Source: Candidatus Cloacimonadales bacterium (GTDB lineage Bacteria; Cloacimonadota; Cloacimonadia; Cloacimonadales; JAFGVF01). From it: a DNA stretch of 64,000 nucleotides. Shown piece by piece: positions 9,677 to 19,193 of the stretch. The first letter of the stretch is position 1; the number at the start of each line of letters is the position of its first letter. The position numbers and the translations under genes were made by a program. The notes below the pieces were generated by a model, which ran no database searches, was not told the origin of the DNA, and was given only the letters and a program-made list of their open reading frames with translations. The stretch spans positions 640,001 to 704,000 of the forward strand of contig CAXXOU010000001.1 of the NCBI GenBank assembly GCA_963677495.2, written 5' to 3'.

Positions 9677-12301
9677 CTATTTTATTAGTTTAGGCATGTA
9701 GCCGATTATGCTCAAGTTATAACCTTTACTAGAGCTGACGATTTTTCCTTTCTTATCCAGCAAGAAGATGCATGGATAATCTGCAGCCTGGAACTCTTCA
9801 TGGATAATCTTCTTTGTCTTCGTGATAATCACACCATCTTTATCAAAAGCATCTAAATCATTATTGTCTCTATTTTCTGTGGCGATAATTACATTAGCTT
9901 TCTTCTTAAAGAAATCATTCTTCTTATTGAAGAGCTGTTCCACCATACGTTCTTGTGGCTCTGTTCCAAGTTTACCACGTACGAAAACAAGCGTGTATCT
10001 GTCTTCAGAATCGTTCTTCTTAAGCAGTTTCTGTAGAGCTTTCTTAGTCTTCTTACTCCATGATGCACTGAGATCAAACAGTGGTTTCGGAGTTTCAAGG
10101 TTAAGGACATACTCACTCTTATCTTCTGTAACACTGAGAACTCTTACATCAGAATCACCATTCTCATTTCTAATAAAACTTACAAGATAGAATGGTGTTT
10201 CTTCGTCAGTTTTAAACCATTTGATCTTTGCTTTGTCTCCAACAGCTTCACTATCGAAGTATGTATTACTAACATCTCCGTTTTCATGCATAGTCGCTAA
10301 AAGGAAGTTCTTAAACGGTTCAGCTTTTATCGGTGTGCCATCATGGATAATTTCAAGTGTAATCTCGACTTCTCTACGTTGAGTTGGAACTTTCTCTTCA
10401 TCTTCATCAGTTGATATGACTATTGGATTCCACTGCTCTCCATCAAAGTATTCCATAAACCCCTTCCATGAAAGAGGGATACCTGCAAGTCTGTAAACAG
10501 AATCATACAATACAGTTTTGTGATAGCCATTTATGTTACGTTTATTGAGAATCTCAACCGGGTTAAGAGAACCGGAATAGTAACTCATAGTTGTGGCAGT
10601 ATCAACAACTATTGATTTGGTAAGCCAGTCTGTTACATTATTATACGTAGTCTTAAGGTCATCAGTTAAGATTGGTTTCATCATCTTATAGAGTTCACCT
10701 TCCCAACCATTCTCAGGAACAATCTTACGTCCAAAAGCTGGAGTAATAACGTGTCTGTTCCATAATGAATCTGAGATTACTGATTTATATGCTACTTTAC
10801 GCTCATAATAAGCATTTACTGTTTCTAGAATTGCTGTTGTGTCCGGCATTTCAGCAAGGTCTTTCGAATCCCATAATGTAATGATGGAGCTCAGAACTCC
10901 TTTTCTTGATTCTGGATCAGGCATTGCTGAAAGTTTATCGTAAACGTATAAGAACGCTGAAGCATTATCACAAATATCGTTACTATTAGATAAGAATTTA
11001 TCTCTTCTCGCATTATACTTATCTAAGTCTTCATCATTTTCAGGCATAGGATAGTGTTTGATAAACTCTTCGCTTTTCTTGTTGCCCAAATAACGTTTCT
11101 GTCTTCTCAGATTAACAAGTTCTCTTCTTTCATGCAGTCTTTTTATCATCTCTTCATCTTTTGTGAAGTTGCGTTCTTTATGACCGGCAAGCGGGAAATG
11201 ATTTACAAAAGATTCGTTTATATAGTAGTTGTTAGAAAGAGTTATAGTTAGTTCATCATCACCTTTAACTGTAGATAATACACCTGTTCCAAACAAACTA
11301 TCCTTTCTTGCTGTTACCCATGTCGTAGTTCTACCAAGTTCAATTTTAGCTATACCGTTTTCATCTGTTTCTTCATGGTAGAAGCTGAACAATCCACCAA
11401 ATGTGGTCGCATACAAAATAATATTTACATCTTCAATAGGATTCCCATTTTCATCAACAGTCTTAACGGTTGTATGGATAGTTTCACCATAATTAGAAGT
11501 GATATTGAGTTTTGTAGCATGATTATCTATGCTTATTGTTTGAGCATGCTCCAAGTCTCCGAAGCATCTTGAAGTAACTATAGGAGCTCTTAATGCCGTA
11601 TCAGTCACCCAGTTTGTTTGTCCGTAAGCAAGAGGGTATCCCTCTTCAGTAACTTTCCATCCGTCTTCTGTCCATACTTCGACCCAAGCATGATTACTAT
11701 CAGTGAAGCTCCAATAAGGTGCAGAAACAGAACGAACAGGAATACCAACTGAGCGTCCGGCAGCCATAAATAGAATCATCATCTCTTCACAACGACCCCA
11801 ACTCCATTTTATACACGATAAAGGAGGCATATCTCTACCACTTGTTTGCTTGAAGTAGCATCCTTCATTATACCATAAATCTACTTCAAGGACAGCTTCT
11901 CTGATTGTTTTACAGTCCTTAACTCGGGGATATAGTGCATCATAGAAAACTTTTCTCCATTGCTCAAAAGGCTCCTGACTCATTCTTGGAGGAAGTACAT
12001 AATGAAGAAAAAGCTCTTCAGACACGTTTTTATTGAATGGTAGTTCTTTAGCTAAAATAGCATATTCAATGTTTTCATCAATAAAGTCAGGTGTAAGTAC
12101 AGCTAAATCACCATCAGAACTATTATCAAGTAAGAAGTTACAATAATCAGCTTTCTCACCGGATAGACTTTCTACATATTCAATTAGTTTTAAAGCATTC
12201 TTACCTGAATACTTTTCAATTCGTTGCACTGTTTTATCTGAAACAGCAAAAGCAGTTGTTAGTAAAAGCAAAAGGACAATCATCAAAGAAATCTTCTTCA
12301 T
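9677..12301 (-). CDS. Secreted transglutaminase-like domain protein
   Basis: Signal peptide, GRCEE...RSVGIPVR...NHAWVEVW catalytic Cys/His core, Ig-like linker (DENGNPIEDV), possible thioredoxin-like C-terminus. Confidence 0.8.
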   Translation of the reverse strand: MKKISLMIVLLLLLTTAFAVSDKTVQRIEKYSGKNALKLIEYVESLSGEKADYCNFLLDNSSDGDLAVLTPDFIDENIEYAILAKELPFNKNVSEELFLHYVLPPRMSQEPFEQWRKVFYDALYPRVKDCKTIREAVLEVDLWYNEGCYFKQTSGRDMPPLSCIKWSWGRCEEMMILFMAAGRSVGIPVRSVSAPYWSFTDSNHAWVEVWTEDGWKVTEEGYPLAYGQTNWVTDTALRAPIVTSRCFGDLEHAQTISIDNHATKLNITSNYGETIHTTVKTVDENGNPIEDVNIILYATTFGGLFSFYHEETDENGIAKIELGRTTTWVTARKDSLFGTGVLSTVKGDDELTITLSNNYYINESFVNHFPLAGHKERNFTKDEEMIKRLHERRELVNLRRQKRYLGNKKSEEFIKHYPMPENDEDLDKYNARRDKFLSNSNDICDNASAFLYVYDKLSAMPDPESRKGVLSSIITLWDSKDLAEMPDTTAILETVNAYYERKVAYKSVISDSLWNRHVITPAFGRKIVPENGWEGELYKMMKPILTDDLKTTYNNVTDWLTKSIVVDTATTMSYYSGSLNPVEILNKRNINGYHKTVLYDSVYRLAGIPLSWKGFMEYFDGEQWNPIVISTDEDEEKVPTQRREVEITLEIIHDGTPIKAEPFKNFLLATMHENGDVSNTYFDSEAVGDKAKIKWFKTDEETPFYLVSFIRNENGDSDVRVLSVTEDKSEYVLNLETPKPLFDLSASWSKKTKKALQKLLKKNDSEDRYTLVFVRGKLGTEPQERMVEQLFNKKNDFFKKKANVIIATENRDNNDLDAFDKDGVIITKTKKIIHEEFQAADYPCIFLLDKKGKIVSSSKGYNLSIIGYMPKLIK

Positions 12302-12538
12302 TCTAAGTCTCCAATTAAGATGTTAGTCCAAAAATCGGATTCAATTCATTTTTGGCAATGAATAAAAAGAATTGAATTAATTCCAATATAATCAAGTGTC
12401 ATTTTATTGTTTTAACTTATTCTAGCTATAATGATAAGAATTCTCACTAAATACGATCGATTACTCTTAGTGCAATTTTAGATTGACAAATAATAGTAGT
12501 CCTACATATATATGTTTAGTAACTAGGGAGACCATATA

Positions 12539-12958
12539 ATGAGAAGAATAATTATGGGGAGTATGAATACGTCTACTTTAAAAATACTCATAGTTGAAGA
12601 CAATAAAATCAACATGAAATTAACAAAGAGCTACCTTAACGAATATGCTTCGTCAATAGACTGGGCTAAGAATGGACAGGAAGGTTGCGAGAAATACCAA
12701 CAGGATAAATATGATCTTATCTTTATGGATTTACAGATGCCTGTTATGGACGGTATTATGGCAACCATGAAGATTAGAGAGCTTGAAAAAGAACTCAATG
12801 TCTATACTCCTATTGTAGCTCTTACAGCTCAAGCTGAAAAGTATGATGAAGATAAATGTCTAGCAGTTGGTATGGACTATTATCTTACGAAACCATTGTA
12901 TAAAGAACAGCTGCATGATGCAATTACAGTTGTTTTAGATAGTTATAAGGCACGTTAA
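12539..12958 (+). CDS. Single-domain response regulator (receiver only)
   Basis: ILIVEDN, DLIFMDLQMPVMDG, PIVALTA, YLTKP. The exact start could be 12539, 12554 or 12563. Confidence 0.9.
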   Translation: MRRIIMGSMNTSTLKILIVEDNKINMKLTKSYLNEYASSIDWAKNGQEGCEKYQQDKYDLIFMDLQMPVMDGIMATMKIRELEKELNVYTPIVALTAQAEKYDEDKCLAVGMDYYLTKPLYKEQLHDAITVVLDSYKAR

Positions 12959-13992
12959 TAACGTGCCTTTTTTAGTTCTATAATTTCTTCTGCTTTTAGA
13001 ATACCCATTTCAGTTATATAACCTGTAATATACTTTGCCGGAGTTACGTCAAATGCAGGATTAGCAGTTTTCACAGACTCAAAAGTTAGTTTTGCTTCTC
13101 CCACTTTATAAAGCTCAGCACTATCTCTCTCTTCTATTGGAATTTCATCTCCATGCCTAAGCGATAAATCAAATGTTGTTAAAGGAGCTGCAATATAGAA
13201 TGGAATATCATTTTCTTTTGCCAATACAGCTTTTGCGTATGTACCTATCTTGTTCGCTGCATCTCCATTGATAGCTATCCTATCTGCACCGGTGATAACT
13301 AATGAAATTTCACCTTTCCGCATAAAGTACCCGGCTGCATTATCAGCAATTAGCTTATAATCTATACCTTCCTGCTCCATTTCGAAAGCAGTTAGTCGAG
13401 CACCTTGGAGTCTTGGCCTTGTCTCATCTACATATACAAATATATCTTTACTCTCTCTATGAGCAATCCTCATAGGTGCTAAGGCAGTCCCAAAATCAAC
13501 TGTAGCTAATGCCCCTGCGTTGCAGTGAGTTAGAATTCTTTCACCGTTTTTGATAAGGCTGTTTCCATAGATACCAATCTGCTCACAGGCTTTAACACTA
13601 TCTTCTGCTATCTCATGAGCTTTTGTGGACAGCTGTTTTAGTGCTGTTTGATAATCATCGATTAACGCTATACTACTCATCGCACTATCCATGCAGTTCT
13701 TAAGGTCTACAGCTGTAGGTCTAGATTCCAAAAGAATACTATATGCTTCATTCAGATTTTCTTTCCAAAGATTAGGTTTAATGTCTTGTAAAGCAATAAC
13801 TAAACCCCAAGCTCCCGTCGCACCAATCGCTGGGGCACCACGAACTTGCATTACAGAGATAGCATGCACAACTTCTTCCAGTTTCGATAATTCAAGAAAC
13901 TCAATCTCAAAGGGAAGTTTGTTCTGGTTTATAAGAATCAACTTACCATCTTTGAAGTCTACCGTTCTTCTATTCTTTCCGTTTATCTTCAT
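12955..13992 (-). CDS. mtnA: S-methyl-5-thioribose-1-phosphate isomerase
   Basis: MQVRGAPAIG, RPTAVDL, LTHCNAGALAT, DETRPRLQGARLT, GADRIAINGDAANKIGTY, NPAFDVTP. Confidence 0.95.
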   Translation of the reverse strand: MKINGKNRRTVDFKDGKLILINQNKLPFEIEFLELSKLEEVVHAISVMQVRGAPAIGATGAWGLVIALQDIKPNLWKENLNEAYSILLESRPTAVDLKNCMDSAMSSIALIDDYQTALKQLSTKAHEIAEDSVKACEQIGIYGNSLIKNGERILTHCNAGALATVDFGTALAPMRIAHRESKDIFVYVDETRPRLQGARLTAFEMEQEGIDYKLIADNAAGYFMRKGEISLVITGADRIAINGDAANKIGTYAKAVLAKENDIPFYIAAPLTTFDLSLRHGDEIPIEERDSAELYKVGEAKLTFESVKTANPAFDVTPAKYITGYITEMGILKAEEIIELKKARY

Positions 13993-14001
13993 GTTTTGTA
14001 T

Positions 14002-14036
14002 AAAAAAAAGACTGTTGAGTAAGTCAACAGTCTTTT
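14002..14036 (-). terminator. Intrinsic terminator (bidirectional-looking) after the DUF4476 gene
   Basis: aaaagactgttga-gtaag-tcaacagtctttt with an 8-A tract (U tract on the minus strand). Confidence 0.75.
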
Positions 14037-14052
14037 ATAAATTGAATAAAGT

Positions 14053-14757
14053 TTATTCCATTATTGATTCAGCAGCTTCTTTATCATTTGAGAATTCAAA
14101 GCTATCAATAACACTGTAACTATTCTGACTATCAACCACTCTAGGCCACATAATCCTAAGTGCATCGAGTTTATCATTAGCAAAGTCGAAAAGTGCAAGA
14201 ATCATTTTGATCTGGTTACAAGATAGCCAAGCATTTTTTGCCCCCATTTTCACGATTCTAAGCTGATCATCAGCAAAATCTTCACCGGCAATACGTCTTT
14301 TCCAATCCTGGAAGTCTATGTTGCTCATTTCAACACGTTCTCTTCCCATAGGTTTAGGTCTAGCCATTACTTGACCATTACCGGAATCAGAAACATTAAC
14401 ATTGATGCTAACATTTGCATCTGAAACTTGTGGATTATCTGAAGCAGAAGCATTAATTGTAACTGTGCCATCATCCGGAAGCATAGCGAGTTTCTCATAA
14501 ATGTCATTCATCAGTTTCTGTGCTTTTTTCTGGTCAAACTTGTTCAACTTCTTATGTAGTTTTTCTAATCTTTCAAGTTGCTTAACAATATCTTCGATCA
14601 TTGATTCAACAGATACTGATTTAGCGGTAATACTAGCACTTGCCCCATCTTCTGTTACTGTCATTGAGAATGAACCTTCTGGTGTATTAATTGAAAAGCC
14701 TTCAGCAAAAAGTAATCCCACAGATACCAACATTATTATCAATACAATCTTTTTCAT
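14053..14757 (-). CDS. Secreted DUF4476 domain protein
   Basis: Signal peptide; C-terminal F.DD.L...LSCNQIKMILALFDFANDKLDALR..WPRVVD.QN...VIDSFEFSNDK pattern. Confidence 0.8.
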   Translation of the reverse strand: MKKIVLIIMLVSVGLLFAEGFSINTPEGSFSMTVTEDGASASITAKSVSVESMIEDIVKQLERLEKLHKKLNKFDQKKAQKLMNDIYEKLAMLPDDGTVTINASASDNPQVSDANVSINVNVSDSGNGQVMARPKPMGRERVEMSNIDFQDWKRRIAGEDFADDQLRIVKMGAKNAWLSCNQIKMILALFDFANDKLDALRIMWPRVVDSQNSYSVIDSFEFSNDKEAAESIME

Positions 14758-14858
14758 AATCTACCTCTCTTTGATTAATAAGTGACAATCAGTAAGTAAA
14801 TGTCAATATTTGGCAAGTTTTTTGTATTAATAATGTAGTTATCACTGGGAATGATAAT

Positions 14859-14887
14859 AAAAAAAGACCCGATTGTAATCGAGTCTT
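14859..14887 (-). terminator. Intrinsic terminator of the isc operon
   Basis: aagacccgatt-gt-aatcgagtctt hairpin with an A7 tract (U tract on the minus strand). Confidence 0.65.
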
Positions 14888-14906
14888 ATATAGTTTGTTT
14901 CTATGT

Positions 14907-15527
14907 TTAATAGTTTACCGTAATGTCTTCTACCTGAGGATACTTTTCAAGATGTTCTTCAATTTCTTCGACAACATTATCTCTATATGTATCAAACTTT
15001 GGAATGTCTAGATCAACTATTACCTTACCATCTTCAAAACCAATATATTTAACCATCTTTAAAGTAACTATATCCTCGCCAACTTGGGGATAGATTACTT
15101 TCTTAAGCTCATCTACAATTGTTTCTTTAGTAAACTCCGGTGCTTCGATGATTCCTTTCGCAATCTCATAGTTCTGAATTGCAGTTCTAAGTGTATCGAC
15201 TGCTAATACTGAACAGTGCATTTTAACCGGTGGAAGACCATCAAGAGCTTCAGCAGCTTCTTTCCATGTAATATCCTTTGCATCATCAAGACTCTTACCG
15301 ATTGCAAGGTCAGTAATGATTGAACCGGTTGCAATATTGGAGGCACAACCATAAGACTGGAACTTTATATCTTCAATCTCTTTAGTCTCTTCATTTACTT
15401 TCAAGTAAATAGTAACCTGATCACCACAAGCGGGACTTCCCTCTGTTGCTACTGCATCAGGATTCTCCATCTTACCCACGTTATGTGGATTCATAAAATG
15501 ATCAATCACCTTCTGTGAATATTGCAT
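14907..15527 (-). CDS. iscU: Fe-S scaffold IscU/NifU-N fused to a C-terminal DUF59/MIP18-like domain
   Basis: YSQKVIDHFMNPHNVG, SPACGD, YGCASNIA, LPPVKMHCS. Extra ~75 aa (TKETIVDELKKVIYPQVGEDIVTLKMVK...) resembles DUF59. Confidence 0.88.
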   Translation of the reverse strand: MQYSQKVIDHFMNPHNVGKMENPDAVATEGSPACGDQVTIYLKVNEETKEIEDIKFQSYGCASNIATGSIITDLAIGKSLDDAKDITWKEAAEALDGLPPVKMHCSVLAVDTLRTAIQNYEIAKGIIEAPEFTKETIVDELKKVIYPQVGEDIVTLKMVKYIGFEDGKVIVDLDIPKFDTYRDNVVEEIEEHLEKYPQVEDITVNY

Positions 15528-15535
15528 TATTACCT

Positions 15536-16726
15536 CTATTTATCGTTTATTTTTTCTAAATATAATGGACTTCGAGAACGAAGAGATTCAACTACCTCTT
15601 TCATCTTCTCTATCATATAGTCTAGTTCTTCGATAGTATTGTATCGACTAACAGTAAACTTAATTGATCCATGTGACTGTACATGTGTCTTACCCATTGC
15701 CATAAGCACATAATTTGCTTGCAATCCCTGAGATGCACACGCACTTCCAGTAGCCACCGTAACCCCATGTATATCAAGCATCATCGTTATCGCTTCTCCC
15801 TCAATGAAATCAAAGGATATATTCATATTATGTGGAGCTCTTCTTTCTCCCGGTGCTCCATTAATGGATGTATGAGTAATCTCTGATGTTATCTTGTCAT
15901 AAATATAATCTGTTAGTTTTCTAAGATATGCTTGATTAGTTTCAAAGTTCTCAAATGTGATCTCAATTGCTTTTACAAAGCCAGCTAATCCAGCAATGTT
16001 TATACCACCTGTATTCAGATTATCAACTCTCTTAACACCATGGATTGTTGGCGTCAATGGAGTTCCTTTTCTAACATATAAAGCTCCAACACCCTGTGGT
16101 CCATGTATCTTGTGTGCTGAGACTGACATTGTATCAAAAGCTAGATCCTGCATGTTTAAAGGAATCTTTCCGTATGCTTGACAAGCATCTGCGTGGAAGT
16201 ATATCTTATGATCTGCTTCCTTTAACACTTTAGAATATTCTACTATTGGTTGCAAGGTACCAACTACGTGGTTCGCTACTGATGTTAGAAACATAATTGT
16301 GTCAGGTCTTATTGCTTCCTTCAATTTGTCAGCACTAACAAAACCTTCATCATCAGCTTCAAGATAAGTAATTTCAAACCCACTGTTCTCAAAGAATGCT
16401 AGATTTGTCAGGATATCAGGATAGTCTACATTTGAAGCTATAACATGGGTACCTTTGGAAGCATTAGCCATAAGTATACCTTTAATAGCTATGTTATTAG
16501 CCAGTGTTCCACCTGATGTAAAATGTATCTCATCTTCTCTTGCAGCTATTGTTGATGCAAAAGTCTTAGAAAAATCTTTTATTGCAGAGGATATTTCCTC
16601 TGATGTACTGAAGAAGTTACCGGGAAACCAGTACTTTTCATCAGTATAAACCTTCATAGCTTCCAGAGCTTCCGGAGCTGGTTTAGTTGTTACACAATTG
16701 TCCAAATATACTCTTTTCAATTCCAT
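15536..16726 (-). CDS. iscS: Cysteine desulfurase (class V PLP enzyme), atypical active site
   Basis: YLDN..TT, FTSGGT, HADACQ, SAHKIHGPQGVGALY, TGSAC catalytic loop; lies between iscR and iscU. Confidence 0.85.
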   Translation of the reverse strand: MELKRVYLDNCVTTKPAPEALEAMKVYTDEKYWFPGNFFSTSEEISSAIKDFSKTFASTIAAREDEIHFTSGGTLANNIAIKGILMANASKGTHVIASNVDYPDILTNLAFFENSGFEITYLEADDEGFVSADKLKEAIRPDTIMFLTSVANHVVGTLQPIVEYSKVLKEADHKIYFHADACQAYGKIPLNMQDLAFDTMSVSAHKIHGPQGVGALYVRKGTPLTPTIHGVKRVDNLNTGGINIAGLAGFVKAIEITFENFETNQAYLRKLTDYIYDKITSEITHTSINGAPGERRAPHNMNISFDFIEGEAITMMLDIHGVTVATGSACASQGLQANYVLMAMGKTHVQSHGSIKFTVSRYNTIEELDYMIEKMKEVVESLRSRSPLYLEKINDK

Positions 16727-17144
16727 CCTTATCTCCTGAAATTCTATCTAAAATATCACTTAATCTGATAGAATCCATATATTTACGTATGTTTTTATAA
16801 ATGTCTGTCCAAAGTGCTTCAATCACGCATGGATGACCTATACAAAACTCATGGTCTTTGCTCTTACGTTGACAATATACCATGTAAGGAGTCTCTTCAA
16901 CAGCAGTAATTATCTCATGTAAAGTAATCTCTGACGCATCTTTGGCCAATCTATAACCACCCTTTGAACCTGAAGAGCTAGTTACAATGTTGCTCTTCTT
17001 AAGCTCTCTGAAGAGATGTTCTAAATACTTAGGCGGTAATTTCTGGTTATCACTTATTGCTCTTATCGATAATGGGTTCCCATTATTGTTAGCAATCTCT
17101 ATCAATGCTCGTAATGAATACTCTGTTTTCGATGTTATCTGCAT
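16683..17144 (-). CDS. iscR: Rrf2 family transcriptional regulator, IscR-like
   Basis: MQITSKTEYSLRAL, YLEHLFRELKK, GSKGGYRLAK, three C-terminal Cys. AGGAGG SD before ATG 17144. Confidence 0.85.
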   Translation of the reverse strand: MQITSKTEYSLRALIEIANNNGNPLSIRAISDNQKLPPKYLEHLFRELKKSNIVTSSSGSKGGYRLAKDASEITLHEIITAVEETPYMVYCQRKSKDHEFCIGHPCVIEALWTDIYKNIRKYMDSIRLSDILDRISGDKDGIEKSIFGQLCNN

Positions 17145-17159
17145 ACTTCCTCCTGTAAA

Positions 17160-17184
17160 TAACATAGTACTAAACTAGGAGATT
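17160..17184 (-). promoter_or_regulatory. Putative Rrf2/IscR autoregulatory operator
   Basis: AATCTCCTAGT-TTAGT-ACTATGTT: a TAGT-N5-ACTA inverted repeat just upstream of the iscR SD, similar in layout to Rrf2 boxes. Confidence 0.45.
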
Positions 17185-17619
17185 GCAAATTGTGACAAGA
17201 TTTTTTTTGCAAAATCTCATTGATAGCGATTATAAGAGAAGAAAAGCACACTATACCTTTTAGCATAGTAGCTACATATCTTCCTTCAAAGCAAGAATAT
17301 GGCTATTTCTGACCAGCTAATATTCACAACGTCGACAATTATCTTCAAAGTCTCATTGCACTCCCATAATTCCCATCTTTCAACAATCTAATACCGGTCT
17401 GTTTCTTATCACTCACTTGTCTTCCAGCCCCGGGGTTCCCCAAGAGACTCCCAGGAATCAGACAGTTTTCTATGCCTTATTATGATAGAGCAAAGAGGGG
17501 CGATTTCACCTTTATATTGTTCGAAGACCTTCTCAATGTACTTTTTAAAATTCCCCTCTCATAGATGGGATCTGTTTTGTCTGTCAAATATTCCACATAT
17601 GATTTCGAGTAATAATGCA

Positions 17620-17725
17620 CTATCTTACCACGTTACCTGATAACATCAATTGCCCATCTATTCCGAATCCAATTCCTATCTGTTGTAACGGGAAGCAAAC
17701 GGGAAGCAGATGAGTAGTAAGATGG
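17620..17725. repeat. Imperfect hairpin with 11-bp-period repeats
   Basis: ctatcttac (17620) pairs with gtaagatgg (17717); tgcccatctattcc pairs with ggaagcagatgagta; acgggaagca occurs at 17688 and 17699. Confidence 0.55.
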
Positions 17726-17841
17726 CAAAATTGGCCATAGAAACAACTTCGTTCTTGGAGCTCAGGTATCCTATTCTTCCGCAAGTTTTTTAGCTAATAT
17801 CTGAGAAACTAAAGATTATAAATGCAAAAGTCTAGTTCTCA

Positions 17842-19023
17842 TTAATCAACAGCTAGCAACCGTTTCCCGAAGATCTGAATGAGTAACAAACCAACCGGAG
17901 CAGTAACCATTATAGCTAGAACAGCAATAGCAAGAATCATCTCTCCTTCAGCGACTCCCATCGCAAGTGGAACAGAGCCTAGTGCTGCTTGTACAGTCGC
18001 TTTAGGTAAATATGCTAGTACGCAGAATAGTTTTTCTTTCTTGTTTAGGTCTGAGAATGCTGTAGCGATAAGAACACCAATTGACCTGCATAGTAATCCA
18101 ATACTGATAATACCAAGTCCTTTGAATCCGGCTGAAACAATATACTTAGGGTCAACATTGATGCCAATAAGAACGAAGAGGATAATCTCTGCAATGAGCC
18201 ACCATTTACTCAACTTATTAGATAACTCTTTGGCAATCTCATTTTCGTATTCAAAGATTATAAATCCCGTAGTCATAGTACCAAGAAGTGCTGCAATATG
18301 AATCCAGTTTCCAAACTCCAGGAATAGGAATGAAAGTGCCATTAAAAGTATAACTCTCTCAGTTGATTGAATCTTCATTAAGCTATGCTTGAATATCTTA
18401 AGAATAAGGAAGCCAAGTATTACTCCACCTAAAACTCCAAGTACAATTGCATAGGGTATACTCAATAGGCTTTTGGTAATACTACTACCACCTGTTGTCA
18501 CAAACCCAAGAGATAAAGTGAAGAAAGTAAACGCTATAACATCATCTAATGAAGCACCGGCTAGAATCAAAGTCGGAACTTCTTTCTTCGCTCCATGCCC
18601 TAGTTCTTTTAAGTTTAGCATAGTAGGCACAACCACTGCCGGAGATACTGCAGCAAGCATAAAGGCTGTCAATGCTGATACACCATAACTCCAATCCATC
18701 AAGAACTTAAAAGCAAATGTAAGTCCGGTAGCTTCAACTAAACAAGGGATGAATCCCATCAACACAGCAGGTAAACCAATCTTATTCAGCATCTTTCGGT
18801 TAATCCCTAATCCTGCACGCAGTAGAATTACTATTAGTGCTAGCGACTTGAAGAAGGGGGTAACCTCATTAAGTGATGCCGGAATCTTATCTTTCCAAAG
18901 GGCAGAGATAACTAAACCCCAGATTAGCATGCCTAAGATATGTGGTAGTTTAATCTTTGTGAAGGCTTTACTGGAAAGCCAACCACCTAAAACGATGATT
19001 GTGATAATAAGGCTGAGACTCAT
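17842..19023 (-). CDS. Cation:proton antiporter (CPA, NHA2/NapA-like), fluoride-riboswitch controlled
   Basis: About 12 TM segments, ILLRAGL, AAVSPAVVVP, GASLDDV (DD motif), LPKATVQAA. Confidence 0.88.
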   Translation of the reverse strand: MSLSLIITIIVLGGWLSSKAFTKIKLPHILGMLIWGLVISALWKDKIPASLNEVTPFFKSLALIVILLRAGLGINRKMLNKIGLPAVLMGFIPCLVEATGLTFAFKFLMDWSYGVSALTAFMLAAVSPAVVVPTMLNLKELGHGAKKEVPTLILAGASLDDVIAFTFFTLSLGFVTTGGSSITKSLLSIPYAIVLGVLGGVILGFLILKIFKHSLMKIQSTERVILLMALSFLFLEFGNWIHIAALLGTMTTGFIIFEYENEIAKELSNKLSKWWLIAEIILFVLIGINVDPKYIVSAGFKGLGIISIGLLCRSIGVLIATAFSDLNKKEKLFCVLAYLPKATVQAALGSVPLAMGVAEGEMILAIAVLAIMVTAPVGLLLIQIFGKRLLAVD

Positions 19024-19047
19024 ACAATTCTCCTATTAAAGATTATT

Positions 19048-19097
19048 ACTAGGAGTCATCAGCATATAGCGGTTAAAGGCGAACTCCATCACCTGAA
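19048..19097 (-). ncRNA. Fluoride riboswitch (crcB motif)
   Basis: Minus strand GGTGATGGAGTTCGCC-TTT-AACCGC-TATAT-GCTGATGACTCCTA: P1 GGUGA/UCGCC, pseudoknot GGAGU/ACUCC, conserved AACCGC..GCUGAUGAC. Ends about 25 nt upstream of the antiporter ATG. Confidence 0.93.
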
Positions 19098-19148
19098 AGC
19101 AAGTTTTACTATTGATTTATGTATGTCAATAGGATATTCTTATAAAAG

Positions 19149-19175
19149 AAAAAGCCTGCTGATTTCCAGCAGGCT
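19149..19175 (-). terminator. Intrinsic terminator of leuS
   Basis: agcctgctg-atttc-cagcaggct with an A tract (U tract on the minus strand). Confidence 0.8.
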
Positions 19176-19193
19176 GAATGTTTATCTTATCGT

